Virus genome (UHGV): UHGV-1363571
Origin: a virus
Direction: 5' to 3' (one strand)
DNA: 47,257 nucleotides
This document shows positions 46,069 to 47,257 of this stretch, piece by piece (positions within the stretch are counted from its first letter, which is position 1; every line of letters begins with the position of its first letter). Both the position numbers and the translations under genes were made by a program. Below the pieces are notes generated by a model. That model saw only the letters and a program-made list of their open reading frames with translations, did not search any database and was not told the DNA's origin.

Positions 46069-47223
46069 ATGGCCAAAAGAAAAAAGCATCCTCGTTTGCC
46101 CAATGGTTACGGTCAGATACGCTTTCTCGGCAAAGGGCGCCGCAATCCTTACGGCGTTTACCCGCCAGCTAAAGAAGAATACGAAAACGGGCAAATGAAG
46201 CCACAGAAAGCAATATGCTATGTTTCTGACTGGATGATCGGATTTGCAGTACTGACAGCATACAAAGCCGGCACCTATACTCCAGGCATGGAAAATGATA
46301 TCCAGGTGGATGACAAAAAGAATGCGGAGGATTTTATCCAGTCTCTGCTTGCAAATTATAATCAGGTGCAAGGAATTAAAGCAAAGGAAGAGCCACAATT
46401 AACATTTGCGGAAGTATACCGGAAATTCAATGTTAAAAAGTTTGGGCATGAATACGATGCGAAAAAAGTAAAACGTACCAGCTTAGAATATACGCTACGC
46501 GCAGGATTCAAGAACTCTGCTGCCCTACACAACAGAATTTTCGCAGAGCTTGTTACAGACGATCTGCAGGAAGTAATGGACGCTTGTCCACTCAGACACG
46601 CCAGCATAGAACACATCCAAAATCTGTACTATCACATGTACAAGTATGCTATGGCAAACAATTTATGTACTAAAGATTATTCGTCCTATGTCGAAATCAC
46701 ACAGGATGACGACGATGAACATGGAATTCCATTTACCGATGAAGATTTGAAGAAATTATGGGAAACAAAAGAAAATGAAGTGTCTGAGATGATCCTGATC
46801 ATGTGCTACTCCGGCTTTCGAATCTCTGAATATAAGGTTTTAGAAGTCCATTTGAAAGAACGTTATTTTTTTGGCGGTGTCAAGACGGATGCCGGGAAAA
46901 ACAGAACCGTTCCTATTTATTCCGGTATTTTAAATCTTGTAAAACACCGGGTAAAAGTACATGGTGTGCTCCTGCCTGACAAAATCGATATATTCCGGGA
47001 TAAGATGTATGCGCAACTGGCCGCACTTGGAATTGAAAAACATACTCCGCATGATTGCCGGCACACATTTTCAAGGCTGTGTGAAAAATATAAAGTCATG
47101 GAGAATGATCGGAAAAGAATGCTTGGTCATAAAATAGGTGATATTACAAATGACACATATGGTCATCGGACATTGGAAGACTTAAGAAATGAGATTGAAA
47201 AGATAGAAATCAATTTGTTGTAA
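46069..47223 (+). CDS. int: Tyrosine integrase
   Basis: Start refined to MAKRKKHPRL with RBS AAGGAG. C-terminal HDCRHTF and TYGH catalytic motifs. Stop codon lies inside the attR core. Confidence 0.8.
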   Translation: MAKRKKHPRLPNGYGQIRFLGKGRRNPYGVYPPAKEEYENGQMKPQKAICYVSDWMIGFAVLTAYKAGTYTPGMENDIQVDDKKNAEDFIQSLLANYNQVQGIKAKEEPQLTFAEVYRKFNVKKFGHEYDAKKVKRTSLEYTLRAGFKNSAALHNRIFAELVTDDLQEVMDACPLRHASIEHIQNLYYHMYKYAMANNLCTKDYSSYVEITQDDDDEHGIPFTDEDLKKLWETKENEVSEMILIMCYSGFRISEYKVLEVHLKERYFFGGVKTDAGKNRTVPIYSGILNLVKHRVKVHGVLLPDKIDIFRDKMYAQLAALGIEKHTPHDCRHTFSRLCEKYKVMENDRKRMLGHKIGDITNDTYGHRTLEDLRNEIEKIEINLL

Positions 47224-47235
47224 GTGTGTTGTAAA
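47214..47235. repeat. attR core, identical to attL
   Basis: Direct comparison of the two 22-mers. Confidence 0.8.
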
Positions 47236-47257
47236 CGGTTAGCTTGTTCTACTTGAA

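Larger units (their letters stand above)
154..47235. mobile_element. Integrated temperate siphovirus-like prophage, about 47.1 kb, bounded by 22-bp att repeats
   Basis: att direct repeats. Tyrosine integrase abuts attR. Complete lysogeny, replication, packaging, head, tail and lysis modules are present. Confidence 0.85.

Overview
This window is essentially one complete temperate siphovirus-type prophage of about 47.1 kb (154..47235) from a low-GC Gram-positive host. The host call rests on GGAGG-type ribosome binding sites and PBSX/SPP1-like protein families. The prophage is bounded by a perfect 22-bp direct repeat (attL 154..175, attR 47214..47235). A tyrosine integrase gene runs into attR at the right end. 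Only 153 bp of left host flank and 22 bp of right host flank are visible. Nearly every gene from the early operon to the endolysin lies on the minus strand, read right to left. Gene order right to left: a lysogeny/immunity module (integrase, SHOCT protein, two XRE regulators, a divergent consensus-promoter switch), an early operon (ORF6N antirepressor, RecT, PD-(D/E)XK exonuclease, SbcC-like ATPase, HNH, RusA, replisome organizer, two Lar paralogs, YopX, DUF4317, many small ORFs), an ArpU/RinA-like late activator, a noncoding island with tRNA-Lys(UUU), then terS, terL, portal, MuF, scaffold, capsid, collagen-like protein, head-tail genes, major tail, chaperones, tape measure, Dit, Tal, fibre, and an XkdX-XhlA-holin-amidase lysis cassette. 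Several features look accessory or unusual. A 5-kb moron island interrupts the chaperone-to-tape-measure synteny; it carries Rha, a lipoprotein with a duplicated domain, RHH plus an orphan gene, and a Bro-N protein. The MuF head protein has a C-terminal HExxH metallopeptidase-like extension. A DUF2829 (Tad2-like) gene sits in the cro position of the switch. There is a hairpin-dense 370-bp intergenic RNA-like element, and a family of related intrinsic terminators flanking morons. No CRISPR array, IS element or rRNA was found. All functional calls rest on remembered family motifs, gene order and sequence features; no database search was possible.
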